DNA of 64,000 bases from an uncultured Methanosarcinales archaeon. Lineage in GTDB: Archaea > Nanobdellota > Nanobdellia > Woesearchaeales > JABMPP01. A program made the translations under genes and the position numbers. Positions within the stretch are counted from its first letter, which is position 1. Each line of letters starts with the position of its first letter. Of the stretch, positions 29,032 to 40,251 are shown in pieces. The notes below the pieces were generated by a model. The model was not told where the DNA came from. It worked only from the letters and a program-made list of their open reading frames with translations, and searched no databases. The stretch is from contig CAZSAD010000003.1 of the NCBI GenBank assembly GCA_964604995.1, positions 1-64,000 on the forward strand, read 5' to 3'.

Positions 29032-29964
29032 ATGCAGCAAGCATATGTCAAGAAGTGCCCCGAGTGTAGTGGGATAAACTTATTCTGGAACAAAGATAGA
29101 GGAGAAATAATTTGTAGGGATTGCGGACTTGTTGTCGAAGAAAAAATGGTCGACTTCGACCAAGAATGGAGAGATTTTGAATCTAGCGACGACGACAGCA
29201 AAAGAAGATCTGGCGCGCCTATGACCTACACCCAATATGATCAAGGATTGGGTACAGAAGTTGGAAGAAAAACTGATCTTTACGCATTAGCAGGAAAAGA
29301 CAGAAATAAATTCTTTAGATTAAGAAAATGGCAATATAGAATTTCAACAGCGATTGAAAGAAACTTAAAACTTGCATTAGCTGAGTTAAAAAGAGTTTCA
29401 TCTTATCTTAAATTACCAAAATCTGTTGAGGAAGAATCTGCAAGGATTTACACTTTAGCAGTTCAAAGAGGCTTAGTTAGAGGAAGAAGCATGGAATCTG
29501 TTGTTGCAGGCGCATTATATGCTGCTTGTAGAAGACATGATGTTCCAAGAACATTAGATGAACTCTCAGAAGCTTCAGGAATTGAGAAAAAGGAAATTGG
29601 AAGAACTTATAGATTTGTAACAAGAGAGCTAGGAATTAGCATCATGCCATCAAATCCGAGCGATTATATTGCAAGGTTCTCTTCTGCCTTAAAACTCAGT
29701 GCTGAAACACAGTCAAAGAGCATTGAAATTTTAGAAAGTGCTCAAAAAGCTGAATTGACATCTGGCAGAGGACCAACAGGCATTGCTGCAGCTGCACTTT
29801 ATGTGAGCGCTTTAATCCATGGTGAAAAGAGAACTCAAAGAGAAGTAGCTGATATTGCAGGTGTAACCGAAGTTACTATTAGAAATCGTTACAAAGAGCT
29901 TTTAGAAGAGCTTGACTTAAACAAAGAAGTTCGAAAAATCAAAAAGCGAAGGCGAATTGAGTAA
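29032..29964 (+). CDS. tfb: Transcription initiation factor IIB (TFB)
   Basis: CPEC...CRDCG zinc ribbon, EWR B-reader, two cyclin folds, GVTEVTIRNRYKEL. Confidence 0.97.
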   Translation: MQQAYVKKCPECSGINLFWNKDRGEIICRDCGLVVEEKMVDFDQEWRDFESSDDDSKRRSGAPMTYTQYDQGLGTEVGRKTDLYALAGKDRNKFFRLRKWQYRISTAIERNLKLALAELKRVSSYLKLPKSVEEESARIYTLAVQRGLVRGRSMESVVAGALYAACRRHDVPRTLDELSEASGIEKKEIGRTYRFVTRELGISIMPSNPSDYIARFSSALKLSAETQSKSIEILESAQKAELTSGRGPTGIAAAALYVSALIHGEKRTQREVADIAGVTEVTIRNRYKELLEELDLNKEVRKIKKRRRIE

Positions 29965-30121
29965 TTTTAGATAAACTTTTTATTATATTATTTTTTTATA
30001 TTTTATAGGGAATAGAGTTTAGGGTATATTTTCATTAAAAAAGAGGTTCTTTGATAAATAAGTAGAATAAATAATTTTATAACTAAGATTAATTTATTTG
30101 ATTTACGGGAGATGATTAACT

Positions 30122-30517
30122 ATGAGTATTGCATTAGAAAATGTAATTTTGGATTCAATTGGTAGAACTGCACCAGATATTGCAAAAAAGTTTGGATTGA
30201 TGTCTTTAGTTACAAAAGAAAAAAAAGAGCAAACTCAAGAAAAATTAAAAGACATACTTACACATTGTACAGAAAAATTTAACAGTTATTTAGGAATCAA
30301 AGAGCATGGAACAATGGAAGTTAATGAAGTGGATAAAAGATATGCAAATGCAATGACTAATACAGTAAACGACATTTTAAACCCGGAAAATGAAAGTAAT
30401 ATTTTAAAATATTCTTTAACTGAACAAGTATTTATTGTTTATCAGCTTTATGAAAACGCAAAAGCAAGTGGAAGTAATGAAGAGTTTGCTATCGACAATA
30501 AACATGGCTGGAAATAA
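30122..30517 (+). CDS. Hypothetical protein
   Basis: 131-aa ORF with SD GGGAG. Confidence 0.6.
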   Translation: MSIALENVILDSIGRTAPDIAKKFGLMSLVTKEKKEQTQEKLKDILTHCTEKFNSYLGIKEHGTMEVNEVDKRYANAMTNTVNDILNPENESNILKYSLTEQVFIVYQLYENAKASGSNEEFAIDNKHGWK

Positions 30518-30588
30518 AGTAATCAAATAGATAAAGTGATAAAGAGAAGAATAACTATTTTTGTTAATTATTTTTAATATTTTTAAAA

Positions 30589-30903
30589 TCAAGAGTTATC
30601 AAAATCAAATAATTTTTCTTTAAAGTTAATTATTTTGTAATTATGAATTTTTATTCCTTCTTTATTTAATAATCTGATTTTTTGATTTGAGTTTTTATTT
30701 CCAAAAAATCCGCCTAAACTACCATCACTGCAAACGATTCTATGACAAGGAACCTTTGGAGAATTAGGATTGTGTTTTAGTGCTTGTCCAACTGCGCGAT
30801 ATGCATTAGTACCTAATTTTTCTGCAATTAATTTATAAGTTGAAATTTTACCTTTTGGTATTTTTTTGCAGAGTAGATAAACTTTTTCATTAAATTTTTG
30901 CAT
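30589..30903 (-). CDS. ogt: O6-alkylguanine-DNA alkyltransferase (MGMT/Ogt C-terminal domain only)
   Basis: IP.GK.STY..IA, RAVG.AL..NP, active-site PCHR. Confidence 0.88.
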   Translation of the reverse strand: MQKFNEKVYLLCKKIPKGKISTYKLIAEKLGTNAYRAVGQALKHNPNSPKVPCHRIVCSDGSLGGFFGNKNSNQKIRLLNKEGIKIHNYKIINFKEKLFDFDNS

Positions 30904-30966
30904 TAAATTTCACCTTAATTTTTAAAAAGCTAATTTTATTTTGATGTCTTTTATTTTATGATTTTT

Positions 30967-32199
30967 TTATTTCAATTTATCCAATATTGCTAAAAAAGCA
31001 GTTTTATTAAATTGTTCTTTGTATGCTTGTCCCAAGCCAATTACTTCCTCCTTGGTGATATGCACCTTATAATTTTTCAAAATATTGTTTGTTGGTTCAC
31101 TAGTTAAAAACTGACAAAATTGCGTTACATTTTTTGGAGTTTCTGATCTTTTGCACCTCTCAAAATCAATCATAACTGCTTTTAATTTTGAAACTGCTTT
31201 TAATTTATTTTTTTGTTTTGTAATATTTTCTTTTTTTTGTTTTGTAATAATAACATGTTTTAGTGGCCTTGTCATCTCTAATTTATTAATTTTGAGCTCA
31301 TCTAATTTATAACATTGATTTAACACTTGAATTAAAACATCTAGTACTTGTTTTTTAGATGCATGCTCTAAAAAATCTGGAAGATATTCCCCTTCAACAA
31401 ATTCATAGATTATTGAATTATTTTCTAAGCTAATAAATTTTGGACCAATATCAAATTTGTTTAATTCTTTTAACCACATAGCTTCTTTTTCAACTGTCCC
31501 ATTTGCTTTACTAGTTATTCTTTTTTCTTTTATTGCTACTTTTTTCTTTCCTAAAAATGCTGTAAAAACAACTCCTCTTTTACCTCTTGCAAACAAAGTT
31601 TTGTCAGCTAATCCAACAATTGATTTATTAGTTAATTTATCAATCATTTTTTTACTTAAAAGATAAACATATAATTCTTCAAAATCAATCTTTTTAGAAG
31701 ATATAATTTCAAAAGAAAAATTATTCTCTTTTATTAATTGCTCAACTTTTTTCTTTTTTGTAAAAGAACTAATAAGCAATAATATTTTCCCATCTGGATT
31801 TAAAAAATTGCCAGATTGTTGTAGAAATTTTTCAGTTAATTCATATCCTTTTTTTCCACCATCTAATGCTACATCTTTTAATTTTGGATGATTTGGAAGA
31901 TAGGGTACATTAAAAGTAATTAAGTCGAATTTTAAGTTAGAATTTTTCAAATTTGAATCTGTTAAAAAAATTGAAAAAAGATTAGATTGTAAAAATTGTA
32001 TTTTATCATCACAAATATTTTTCTTGCAGTAATCAATTGCCTCTTGATTTATATCAACTGCAATTACTTTTTGTGCAAATTTTGCAGCTTCCTTTGCTAA
32101 AATACCACTGCCTGTACCCATATCTAACACAATACCTTTTGCATAATGCTTAATTACATCCCTAATAAGAAAGCTATCTTCTCTTGGTTGGTATATCAT
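30967..32199 (-). CDS. HemK2/Mtq2-like methyltransferase fused to an atypical protein-kinase-like domain
   Basis: IYQPREDS, LDMGTGSG, FNVPYLP, DGG..G; then ARGKRGVVF, VAIK, IDFE. Confidence 0.82.
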   Translation of the reverse strand: MIYQPREDSFLIRDVIKHYAKGIVLDMGTGSGILAKEAAKFAQKVIAVDINQEAIDYCKKNICDDKIQFLQSNLFSIFLTDSNLKNSNLKFDLITFNVPYLPNHPKLKDVALDGGKKGYELTEKFLQQSGNFLNPDGKILLLISSFTKKKKVEQLIKENNFSFEIISSKKIDFEELYVYLLSKKMIDKLTNKSIVGLADKTLFARGKRGVVFTAFLGKKKVAIKEKRITSKANGTVEKEAMWLKELNKFDIGPKFISLENNSIIYEFVEGEYLPDFLEHASKKQVLDVLIQVLNQCYKLDELKINKLEMTRPLKHVIITKQKKENITKQKNKLKAVSKLKAVMIDFERCKRSETPKNVTQFCQFLTSEPTNNILKNYKVHITKEEVIGLGQAYKEQFNKTAFLAILDKLK

Positions 32200-32352
32200 A
32201 AAGCTCTAATTTCAATAAAATATATAAAGTTATTTAACTAAATATTAATTTAGGTCATTTAGTTTAGAATTATGTCAATTTTTACAGTATAACTATTGCA
32301 CCATAAAGTTAATAACAAGATATCCAATAGATACTTAAAAAATATCCCACTC

Positions 32353-32625
32353 ATGCAAGAGCCTCTCGTTGAAAATATCGAAAAAGTCGAGACGCAGCAA
32401 GCATTTGACGAATATATTTCAATATTACCGCCAAAGGCCCAATGCAAATATATGATTTCTACAGTTGTAAACCTATGCGATTGTAAAGATATTAATTGTC
32501 CATTTAGAGGTAATGAAGTTTATTCTTTTGCCCATGGCCCAAAAAAAGAATGTAAAAGGCCACAAATAATGCATATGAAAGAACTTTTAGGTGTAAAAGA
32601 TAACAAACCTTCTGAAATTGTTTGA
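32353..32625 (+). CDS. Small Cys-rich hypothetical protein
   Basis: C...CDC...CPF...C pattern; ATG 32353 preferred. Confidence 0.5.
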   Translation: MQEPLVENIEKVETQQAFDEYISILPPKAQCKYMISTVVNLCDCKDINCPFRGNEVYSFAHGPKKECKRPQIMHMKELLGVKDNKPSEIV

Positions 32626-32718
32626 TTAAAATCAACAGATGATAAATTATTATCTAGTTGAATTGGTTATCTAAAAGAGAAAATAATATATACCAAAATT
32701 GCACCAGTGAATTATAGG

Positions 32719-34659
32719 ATGGAAAAAAAGGGTCAGATTACAGCTTTTATAATAGTAGGCATCATAGTAATATTTTCAGCTGCATTGTTTTTTTATCTTC
32801 GTGAAAGAACAACAGTTTTTACACCTAAAGAATTAATACCCAAAGAATTAACTCCTGTTAAAAGTTTAATTGAACAATGCACTAAAACATTAACCCAAGA
32901 AGCAGCAGATCTTGCATCAAGTCAAGGTGGATATGTAACACTACCTAATTACATTTATGATAATCCTAATAATTATGCTGGCCCAAAATTTGAAGGTCCC
33001 CTATTTAAAATCCCACTATGGTATGTTCCTGGTCAAATATTTATGCCCGAACTAGAAAATATTCAGGATCAAATAGCAATATATGTATTAAAAAACTTAC
33101 CAGCTTGCATAGATAACTTTTCTAGTTTTAAAGACCAATATGATATAACAGAATTGGCTAAACCAACAGCAAAAGTTGTAATAAATGATAAACAAGTTAT
33201 TACAAATTTAATATACCCTCTTGAAATAAAAAATAAGCAAAGCACTGAAGTATCAAAAATAAGCGAATTTTCATCTGAAATTCAGGATAGTTTAGGAAGA
33301 AAATATAGATTAGCATCGCAGATATTTATTCAAGAACAAAGATATGCATTTTTAGAAAATCTTACAAGACAAATGATTTATTCAAGTGAATTACCAACAG
33401 AAGGTATGGAAATAAATTGCAATGACAGATCTTGGGATATAAAAAAAGATATAATCCCCCAATTAAGATTAATAATTCTTGCAAATTTAAGATTTTTAAC
33501 AATAACAAATACTGATGATTTGCAGCCTGAATCCCAATTTCCAGATTATTATTCTCAATTTTATAAGATAAAAGTATCAAATGAAAAGTTTCATGGTTTG
33601 TCAGTTACTCCAATATTTGATAGTTCTTCTGAAATGAAAGTAGATGTTTATCCAAACTCAAATGGAGTTGTAAAACCAGCAACTGCTGATTTACCAATTT
33701 TAGGTAATTGCTTTAAAATTTATAACCACAAATATGATGTTAATTATCCTCTTGTTTTTCAGATAAGAGATGATTCAACTGATGAACCTAGTTTCTTTTA
33801 TTTTGGAACTGCTGTGGTATTAGACAAAAGCAATCCTAATCGATATGGCAAAATAAAAAGATATGTTTCTTTATCAAATGATATAACCAATAGTGATTTT
33901 TGTGATGATGCAAAATACAGTATGACAGTTTTTGCAGTTGATGAAGAGGGAAATGAATTAGAAAATGCAAGTATAAGGTATCAATGTATTGATTTTGTTT
34001 GCGATATGGGTAAAACAAGCATAAGAAAAAATGAATACGGGAATTATATTGGAGCAAATAATTATGCATTAACAACTAAATTTCCAAGCTGTGCTGGTGG
34101 AGTTTTAATTGCACAAAAAGATGGTTATGTTAAAGGTGTAAAAGATGGAGTGATAGTTGGAGATGTAGAAATAAATGGTCAAAAACCTTTTGTGAATGGT
34201 ATGCATACTGATATTAAAATGGCTAGTCTAAAAAAAATGGAAGTTAATGTAAAGGAAATAGTCATTTATCCAAATAGCGGTGGAACTATGTACGATACAA
34301 GAGATCTTAGTAATAATGTAACAGCGATCATAACATTAAAAGCTCAAGGAGACACAGATTACGAAACTACCACAATTTATCCGCCTGAACCAGATTATGA
34401 ATTTACGCAAGATTTAATGTTAATAAAAAGCGATGATGGTTATGATTTGGATATTAAACTTGCCAAAGGCGAAAATTGGATAGGAGGTTCAACTCTTAGT
34501 TGGACACCTGGATATGATAATGTTAATGAAAATAGCAAAGTAACTTTTTATGTAATTAGAATTTTAGGCGATCCTTCAACAGAAGAAGATTTTGTAACTT
34601 TATACAATTTTGTTAGAGATGAATCAGTTAATCATCCTCCTGTTTTTGAGAATTCCTAA
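32719..34659 (+). CDS. Large pilin-like surface protein with class III signal peptide
   Basis: MEKKG|QITAFIIVGIIVIFSAALFFYL; QGGY and IPLWY motifs; paired Cys. Confidence 0.75.
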   Translation: MEKKGQITAFIIVGIIVIFSAALFFYLRERTTVFTPKELIPKELTPVKSLIEQCTKTLTQEAADLASSQGGYVTLPNYIYDNPNNYAGPKFEGPLFKIPLWYVPGQIFMPELENIQDQIAIYVLKNLPACIDNFSSFKDQYDITELAKPTAKVVINDKQVITNLIYPLEIKNKQSTEVSKISEFSSEIQDSLGRKYRLASQIFIQEQRYAFLENLTRQMIYSSELPTEGMEINCNDRSWDIKKDIIPQLRLIILANLRFLTITNTDDLQPESQFPDYYSQFYKIKVSNEKFHGLSVTPIFDSSSEMKVDVYPNSNGVVKPATADLPILGNCFKIYNHKYDVNYPLVFQIRDDSTDEPSFFYFGTAVVLDKSNPNRYGKIKRYVSLSNDITNSDFCDDAKYSMTVFAVDEEGNELENASIRYQCIDFVCDMGKTSIRKNEYGNYIGANNYALTTKFPSCAGGVLIAQKDGYVKGVKDGVIVGDVEINGQKPFVNGMHTDIKMASLKKMEVNVKEIVIYPNSGGTMYDTRDLSNNVTAIITLKAQGDTDYETTTIYPPEPDYEFTQDLMLIKSDDGYDLDIKLAKGENWIGGSTLSWTPGYDNVNENSKVTFYVIRILGDPSTEEDFVTLYNFVRDESVNHPPVFENS

Positions 34660-34724
34660 TAACAATAATATTTAGTAAAAAATTTAATAAAAAAATAAAG
34701 ATAAATAAAAAATAAGAAAATAAA

Positions 34725-37700
34725 ATGCAAACACAAGAAAAGTTTTTAAGACAGTCAATTGCTTTATTACTTATAATTCTCATGGTTTCATTACCTGTTT
34801 CTTCAATTGCAATTTTAAATCCAATCTGGAGTGCAGAGAGCCAAACTAGTGTTAGAATGGTGTGGAAAACTGATGTCTTGGCAAATTCATCAATTCAATA
34901 TAGTAATGATACAACTTTGAACCAATCTAAAGAAGAATCGAATTTTAGTTTAGACCATAGCATTGCAATTGATAATGTTATCCCAAATGTAACTTATAAT
35001 TATTTAATAAAATCATGTGAAAATACAAGCAATACATGTTCCCAAACCCAGTTAGGCCAATTTTTGATACTCCCTGAAAACACGATTACAAGCAATGATT
35101 TATTTTTAGAGATATCAGATGAAACATTAAATGTAACTAATACTACAAATTATTTAATTTTTGGAACATCAGATATTGATACAAAAATTCAAGTTTATAT
35201 AAATCCCCATGTAGGACAAGTTCCAACTACATTAAGATTACCAGATAATACCACTTCAAAATATATGATGTCAGGTTCAGATGGAAAATTTATTGCAACA
35301 ATAACTTTATTTTCAGGTAAAAATGTTATAAGAGTTGTTGCTGAAAAAGAAAATAAACAAAGTAGTGTAGAAAAAGAAGTCAAAGTTGACATACTTCCCC
35401 CAAATGTATTATTAAATAATATTCCTTCTTTTACAAATATAAATCCAATAAATATTAGCGGGGTTGTTAGTGAACAAGCAACATTAAATCTTTTAATAAA
35501 TAATATAAGCAAAGCCCAACTTGAAAGCAATAATACATTTATATTTCCAGATATAAATGTTGGTGATATTGGCGAAGGTCAAAAAGGAAATGCGACAATT
35601 GAAGTTATTGCTACAGATTTGGCAAATAATGTAGGAACATCAGGATCAAAATTTATTATAATTGATAAAGAAAAACCAAGCATCAATTGGATATCTGATT
35701 TTAGTCAAACAACACATGCCCCAGTTTTCCAATTAGAAGGCATTACAAAACCAGGCTCAAAGATTTATATTAATTCTACTGGAACTCCAATTAATACACA
35801 AGGAACTGGAAATACCGGCACTGGAACAGTACAAGGAAACTTGCTTACTGTTTTTATGGGTGAATCAGAAATAACAGCAGATTCAGATGGTAAATTTTCA
35901 ACTCTAATAAGTTTATATCAAGGAACAAATAAATTTTATGTTAGAGTAACTGATCCAGCTGGAAATCAATTTGTTGATGATACTAAAGTTGTAGTAGCTG
36001 ATTATGGATCTTCACTTTGGAGATTATCCAAAGTTGAAACCTATCCAAGCAATGTATATTTTGATGAATTGCATAACCATGATATTTCAGGAACTGCATT
36101 TATTGTTCTTGATTATTTAGGTGGTAGTTCACAACTACCAACTAAGGTAGTAGTTAATAGCATACATACTGATGGTGATACTAAAGATAATAACCGAATG
36201 GTAGATGTTTCTTCTGGTGGTTCTGCTCCAAAAGCTTATTTTGATCAAAAAACAGGAAAACTCTATATTTCAACAACGGTTACAATAAAACAATATAGTG
36301 GAACAGCAGACCAATTGTTTCAAGAAATAAAAGATCCTGCGCAAGATCCAATCCTAAAACAATTAGGGATTGGAAATATACCAAGGCCCGATTTTGAAAA
36401 AATGATTGTATTTTCTTATAATATAGGGATTAGTACTTATTACTCTAATTCCCAACAAACTGGTGTACTGCAAGATACAAAACCAGTTTATGGCAAAGGT
36501 GCATTTAATATTCAAAAGCCAGAAGATTTATCAAAAAGATTATCACCTGAAACAATCAATAAAACATTAAATGGGATAATTAGACCATCAATTAAATTAC
36601 TAGAAAAAGTCCAAAAAATTCTTTTGTATGGAACAGGTCTTGCATTAACCGGATGCGCTCTTGCAACATTCCAAGGAATAATGGGTCTTAACATATTAGG
36701 TAAAAGTGAAATATTTTATGTTTGTGATAGAGTGTTATGCCCAAGTGTTCCACCAGCTGCAGGCGCTAGAAAATTTAGTGTACAAACAACAGGTGATGGA
36801 GATAATAAAGTAATTAATTCAATTGAATTCCAAAACAGCCAAAATGGAATGACAAAATGGGAATTTACAGCTTTAGATAATAAAGATAAACAAGGTTGTG
36901 TAGGTAATGATTATAAATATATATTGCGTTCATATGAAAAAGATTTAGATTATTCGAGTAGTGAAAATAGAGTTAATGGTTTAAATAATTATTTCAAAAA
37001 CAAAGACACTAAATGTTTAACTCAAGGAGAATATAACAATTTTTTAAATTATTATGGATCAATACCGAATAATGGACCAGTTAGTTTAGATATGTTCAAA
37101 CAAAATTATACCAATTATTTAGAAGCCTTAAACAAAGATAATAGTTTAGGATATCTTCCAGATGTAACTGCTATTAAAGCATCAAGAGTTTATAGTCCAG
37201 GAGATCCTGAGTACGACGAAACAAAATGTTTTGGACAAAGTAGTGATACCTGGGTTAATCCAAGAAAAAGTGTAATTTGGAGTGCAAGATGTGGATGCAT
37301 GCCTGGAATGTATGGTTATACTACAAGCATGCTAAAAGTTGCAAAAGGAATGGAAAAATGTTTAGAGCAAGCTCAACTAGGACAAGTGCAAGGTGGATTT
37401 TGCGAAAGAATGTTCTTGCAATTTGCGTGTGATGTTGCAAGCGATTTATTTGTAAATATAATGCCTGGATTTGGAAGAGATCCTGGTCCTGATTCAACTT
37501 CCAATAACCCATTAGATGCTATTAAAATTGGAAAAACACTAAAAGAAAGTTTGTCAGATAGATATGGAAATATGCTTGAATCGCAATTTGGAATGTCTTC
37601 TGATTCATTAGTAAATAAAATGTGCTTGTTTGCATTTACTGGTGAAATTAATCTTTTGGAAGGAGCCTTGCAAGGATTTATTCAACAGCAACCTGTTGCA

Positions 37701-40202
37701 CCTTGGGGGAAGATTATGGCATCATCAAGACAAGCAGGATACGATCCTTTTAGTGGAAGAATGAGAATTGATTATAATATATTTGTAGGTGTTGTTCCTG
37801 GTGGAGAAGTTCAAGCTGAAGTAAAATTAGTTTGTGATAGAAATGAAGAAGGAGGAGAATATTGCCCACCAAATGTAATTGAACAAGTAGTAACACCAAC
37901 ATTGCAATTAAACCAATATGATTTTGTAAATGAAAATAGATATTTCCAAGTACCTGATTCAAAATATTGGTATAATGTAGTTGTATTAACTTTGTTGTAT
38001 AAATTAGATAAAACTAAAGGCTATGAGCCGCCAATGGTAATTAAAGATAGCATATCAAAAAAGAGTGGACTTGCTGGTGAATGCACATTTGTTGCAGGTT
38101 CGGGACTTAGTTGCAGTCAAATTACAATTGATGCTGATGGTATTGCACAACTATATCCAAAAATAACAAGTTCTACAACAAAAACAATAGATGGAACAAG
38201 AATTGTACCAGGTGAACTGCCAACTTATTACCCAAATAACAAGATAGGTTTATTGGTAAAACTCAACAATCAATATTCTTCTGATTTTTACATTTATTCT
38301 GAAGTTACAAAACCAGATGCACAAAAAGATGCAACTCAATTTGTAGTGTCTGGAACAACAAGCCAAGTAGGTTCTGACCAGTATTATTATATTCCAATTT
38401 GGAATGTTGGAGAAATTGGTTCATCAAATACTTTTACTGGAACATATACTTTTTCAACGCCACAAGATGGAGTATATTTAACAACTAGTGATTCTGATGT
38501 TGTAATGGAATTGTACAAAGATGTAAACAGCCAAACATCTAGTGGAGATAAAGTTTGTGATGTGCCAAAACTTGAAGGAATGCAAACACAAACTATTGAA
38601 GGAAAAACACGTGAAAGTATTGTGAATAATAATGGTTATATTACTTCTATTTATATTACATATGATGGTACTAGTTTAACTTCTATTTCAAATGAAGCTG
38701 AAATTAGAAATAAATATTTGTTAGACCTAAAGACAGGATGGATATATAAGTTGTCAAATAAGGGAAATGAAGTAAAATTAGAAGATACTATTGAAAATGT
38801 TATTTCGAATTATAATAGTGAAGAATCCAAATTTGTTCGTGATCATTTCTTAAGTTTGATGAATGGGGTTCAAATAATCGACAATACCCCACCACCACAA
38901 AATAATAATATTATTAATGGTAAAAAATTGAATGAGTTATTTACAACAGAAGCAAGTGTAAAAAAAATAGCATTTAATCCTGGAAAGAATGTTATTATTG
39001 GATATGATGATGGAGATTCCCATTACAGAATTGTAAGTTATGCTCCAGAATATATTCTTGATAAAAAATCAGGAGATGTTTATGGTGTCCAAATGGTGGA
39101 TGATGACAATAAAAATGATATTATTGAAAAAGTTTTATTTATTGATAGAGATATATCAAAAAAAATAAATGAAAAATATGCAAATGATATCACTACTACA
39201 TTTAAATTATGTCAAATTACAGATGGAGGAAGTATAATACCTATCCGAGTTATTAAATTTAATCCGAGGAGCACAACTGCAAATGTTAAAATTTATGATA
39301 TGAATAAAAAGATTATTACTTCATTTCCAGCAGTTCAAGAAGTAATTCAATCAACTTCTCCAGAAGGAAACTACAGATTAAAAGTTGATCTTCTAAAAGA
39401 CACAAATGGTCAAAGAGGAGGAGATGATGGGATTATAGGTCCTGAAACAAAACCCCAAGCAATTGAATATTCATTTAATATTAAAAAATCAACACCTACA
39501 TCTTGCAATACTCCAGTACAAGTTGAAGTTCTAGAGCCAACTGCTCCAATGTTATCAAACAATAAAAATGAAGCTTATATTGGTGCAGCAATAATTGATG
39601 ATTGCAATGACATAACTAAGGTTACAGTTTCATTTGCAAGAAAAGTAGGTTCGCAAGATAATGTAATTTGTAAACAAGAATTTAGTGTTGAATGGATTGG
39701 AGATTCTAAAAAAGGAAAATATCCAAAATTAGCAACTGCAGGAACAACTATCGGACAAGATCAATGTACTATTGTTTATGAATCATTGCCTAAAAGATTA
39801 GCATTAGATGAAAATGAGGATACATGGACAAATCTACCGCCTTATTTTAACTTCAAATTAGGGATAACTGATAAAGGTAAAACATTAAAAACATCAACTG
39901 ATGATTTTGAAATAAAAATTGCAGCAGAAGATAAAGTAACAGCAGCAACTGCAGCCACAAAGAAAATTAGATTTGGAAGTGTAGCAGATTCTGAAATACA
40001 GCTTAATTTTGTTAGGCAAAATGATATTTTATCCCATACCAATTTATACAGTTCAACTACAAATAATAATGGTCAAACTGTATTATGTAGCCCAAATATT
40101 GGAACATGTAAAGCATCTACTCTTTGTGCACCTGCTAACATAAATACAAATGCAGTTTATACTGATTGCACTTCTCAAGGATGGGTGTGTTGTACACCAT
40201 AA
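34725..40202 (+). CDS. Giant (1825 aa) secreted/surface protein with FN3/Ig-like repeats and Cys-rich core
   Basis: N-terminal signal peptide; W.T..ANS.I.Y FN3-like unit; D.ANN/DPAGN Ig-like repeats; internal hydrophobic segment; many Cys. Confidence 0.75.
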   Translation: MQTQEKFLRQSIALLLIILMVSLPVSSIAILNPIWSAESQTSVRMVWKTDVLANSSIQYSNDTTLNQSKEESNFSLDHSIAIDNVIPNVTYNYLIKSCENTSNTCSQTQLGQFLILPENTITSNDLFLEISDETLNVTNTTNYLIFGTSDIDTKIQVYINPHVGQVPTTLRLPDNTTSKYMMSGSDGKFIATITLFSGKNVIRVVAEKENKQSSVEKEVKVDILPPNVLLNNIPSFTNINPINISGVVSEQATLNLLINNISKAQLESNNTFIFPDINVGDIGEGQKGNATIEVIATDLANNVGTSGSKFIIIDKEKPSINWISDFSQTTHAPVFQLEGITKPGSKIYINSTGTPINTQGTGNTGTGTVQGNLLTVFMGESEITADSDGKFSTLISLYQGTNKFYVRVTDPAGNQFVDDTKVVVADYGSSLWRLSKVETYPSNVYFDELHNHDISGTAFIVLDYLGGSSQLPTKVVVNSIHTDGDTKDNNRMVDVSSGGSAPKAYFDQKTGKLYISTTVTIKQYSGTADQLFQEIKDPAQDPILKQLGIGNIPRPDFEKMIVFSYNIGISTYYSNSQQTGVLQDTKPVYGKGAFNIQKPEDLSKRLSPETINKTLNGIIRPSIKLLEKVQKILLYGTGLALTGCALATFQGIMGLNILGKSEIFYVCDRVLCPSVPPAAGARKFSVQTTGDGDNKVINSIEFQNSQNGMTKWEFTALDNKDKQGCVGNDYKYILRSYEKDLDYSSSENRVNGLNNYFKNKDTKCLTQGEYNNFLNYYGSIPNNGPVSLDMFKQNYTNYLEALNKDNSLGYLPDVTAIKASRVYSPGDPEYDETKCFGQSSDTWVNPRKSVIWSARCGCMPGMYGYTTSMLKVAKGMEKCLEQAQLGQVQGGFCERMFLQFACDVASDLFVNIMPGFGRDPGPDSTSNNPLDAIKIGKTLKESLSDRYGNMLESQFGMSSDSLVNKMCLFAFTGEINLLEGALQGFIQQQPVAPWGKIMASSRQAGYDPFSGRMRIDYNIFVGVVPGGEVQAEVKLVCDRNEEGGEYCPPNVIEQVVTPTLQLNQYDFVNENRYFQVPDSKYWYNVVVLTLLYKLDKTKGYEPPMVIKDSISKKSGLAGECTFVAGSGLSCSQITIDADGIAQLYPKITSSTTKTIDGTRIVPGELPTYYPNNKIGLLVKLNNQYSSDFYIYSEVTKPDAQKDATQFVVSGTTSQVGSDQYYYIPIWNVGEIGSSNTFTGTYTFSTPQDGVYLTTSDSDVVMELYKDVNSQTSSGDKVCDVPKLEGMQTQTIEGKTRESIVNNNGYITSIYITYDGTSLTSISNEAEIRNKYLLDLKTGWIYKLSNKGNEVKLEDTIENVISNYNSEESKFVRDHFLSLMNGVQIIDNTPPPQNNNIINGKKLNELFTTEASVKKIAFNPGKNVIIGYDDGDSHYRIVSYAPEYILDKKSGDVYGVQMVDDDNKNDIIEKVLFIDRDISKKINEKYANDITTTFKLCQITDGGSIIPIRVIKFNPRSTTANVKIYDMNKKIITSFPAVQEVIQSTSPEGNYRLKVDLLKDTNGQRGGDDGIIGPETKPQAIEYSFNIKKSTPTSCNTPVQVEVLEPTAPMLSNNKNEAYIGAAIIDDCNDITKVTVSFARKVGSQDNVICKQEFSVEWIGDSKKGKYPKLATAGTTIGQDQCTIVYESLPKRLALDENEDTWTNLPPYFNFKLGITDKGKTLKTSTDDFEIKIAAEDKVTAATAATKKIRFGSVADSEIQLNFVRQNDILSHTNLYSSTTNNNGQTVLCSPNIGTCKASTLCAPANINTNAVYTDCTSQGWVCCTP

Positions 40203-40251
40203 AATCTAAAAGATAAGTTATTATGAAAAATGATTATTAAATTTAATTAAT

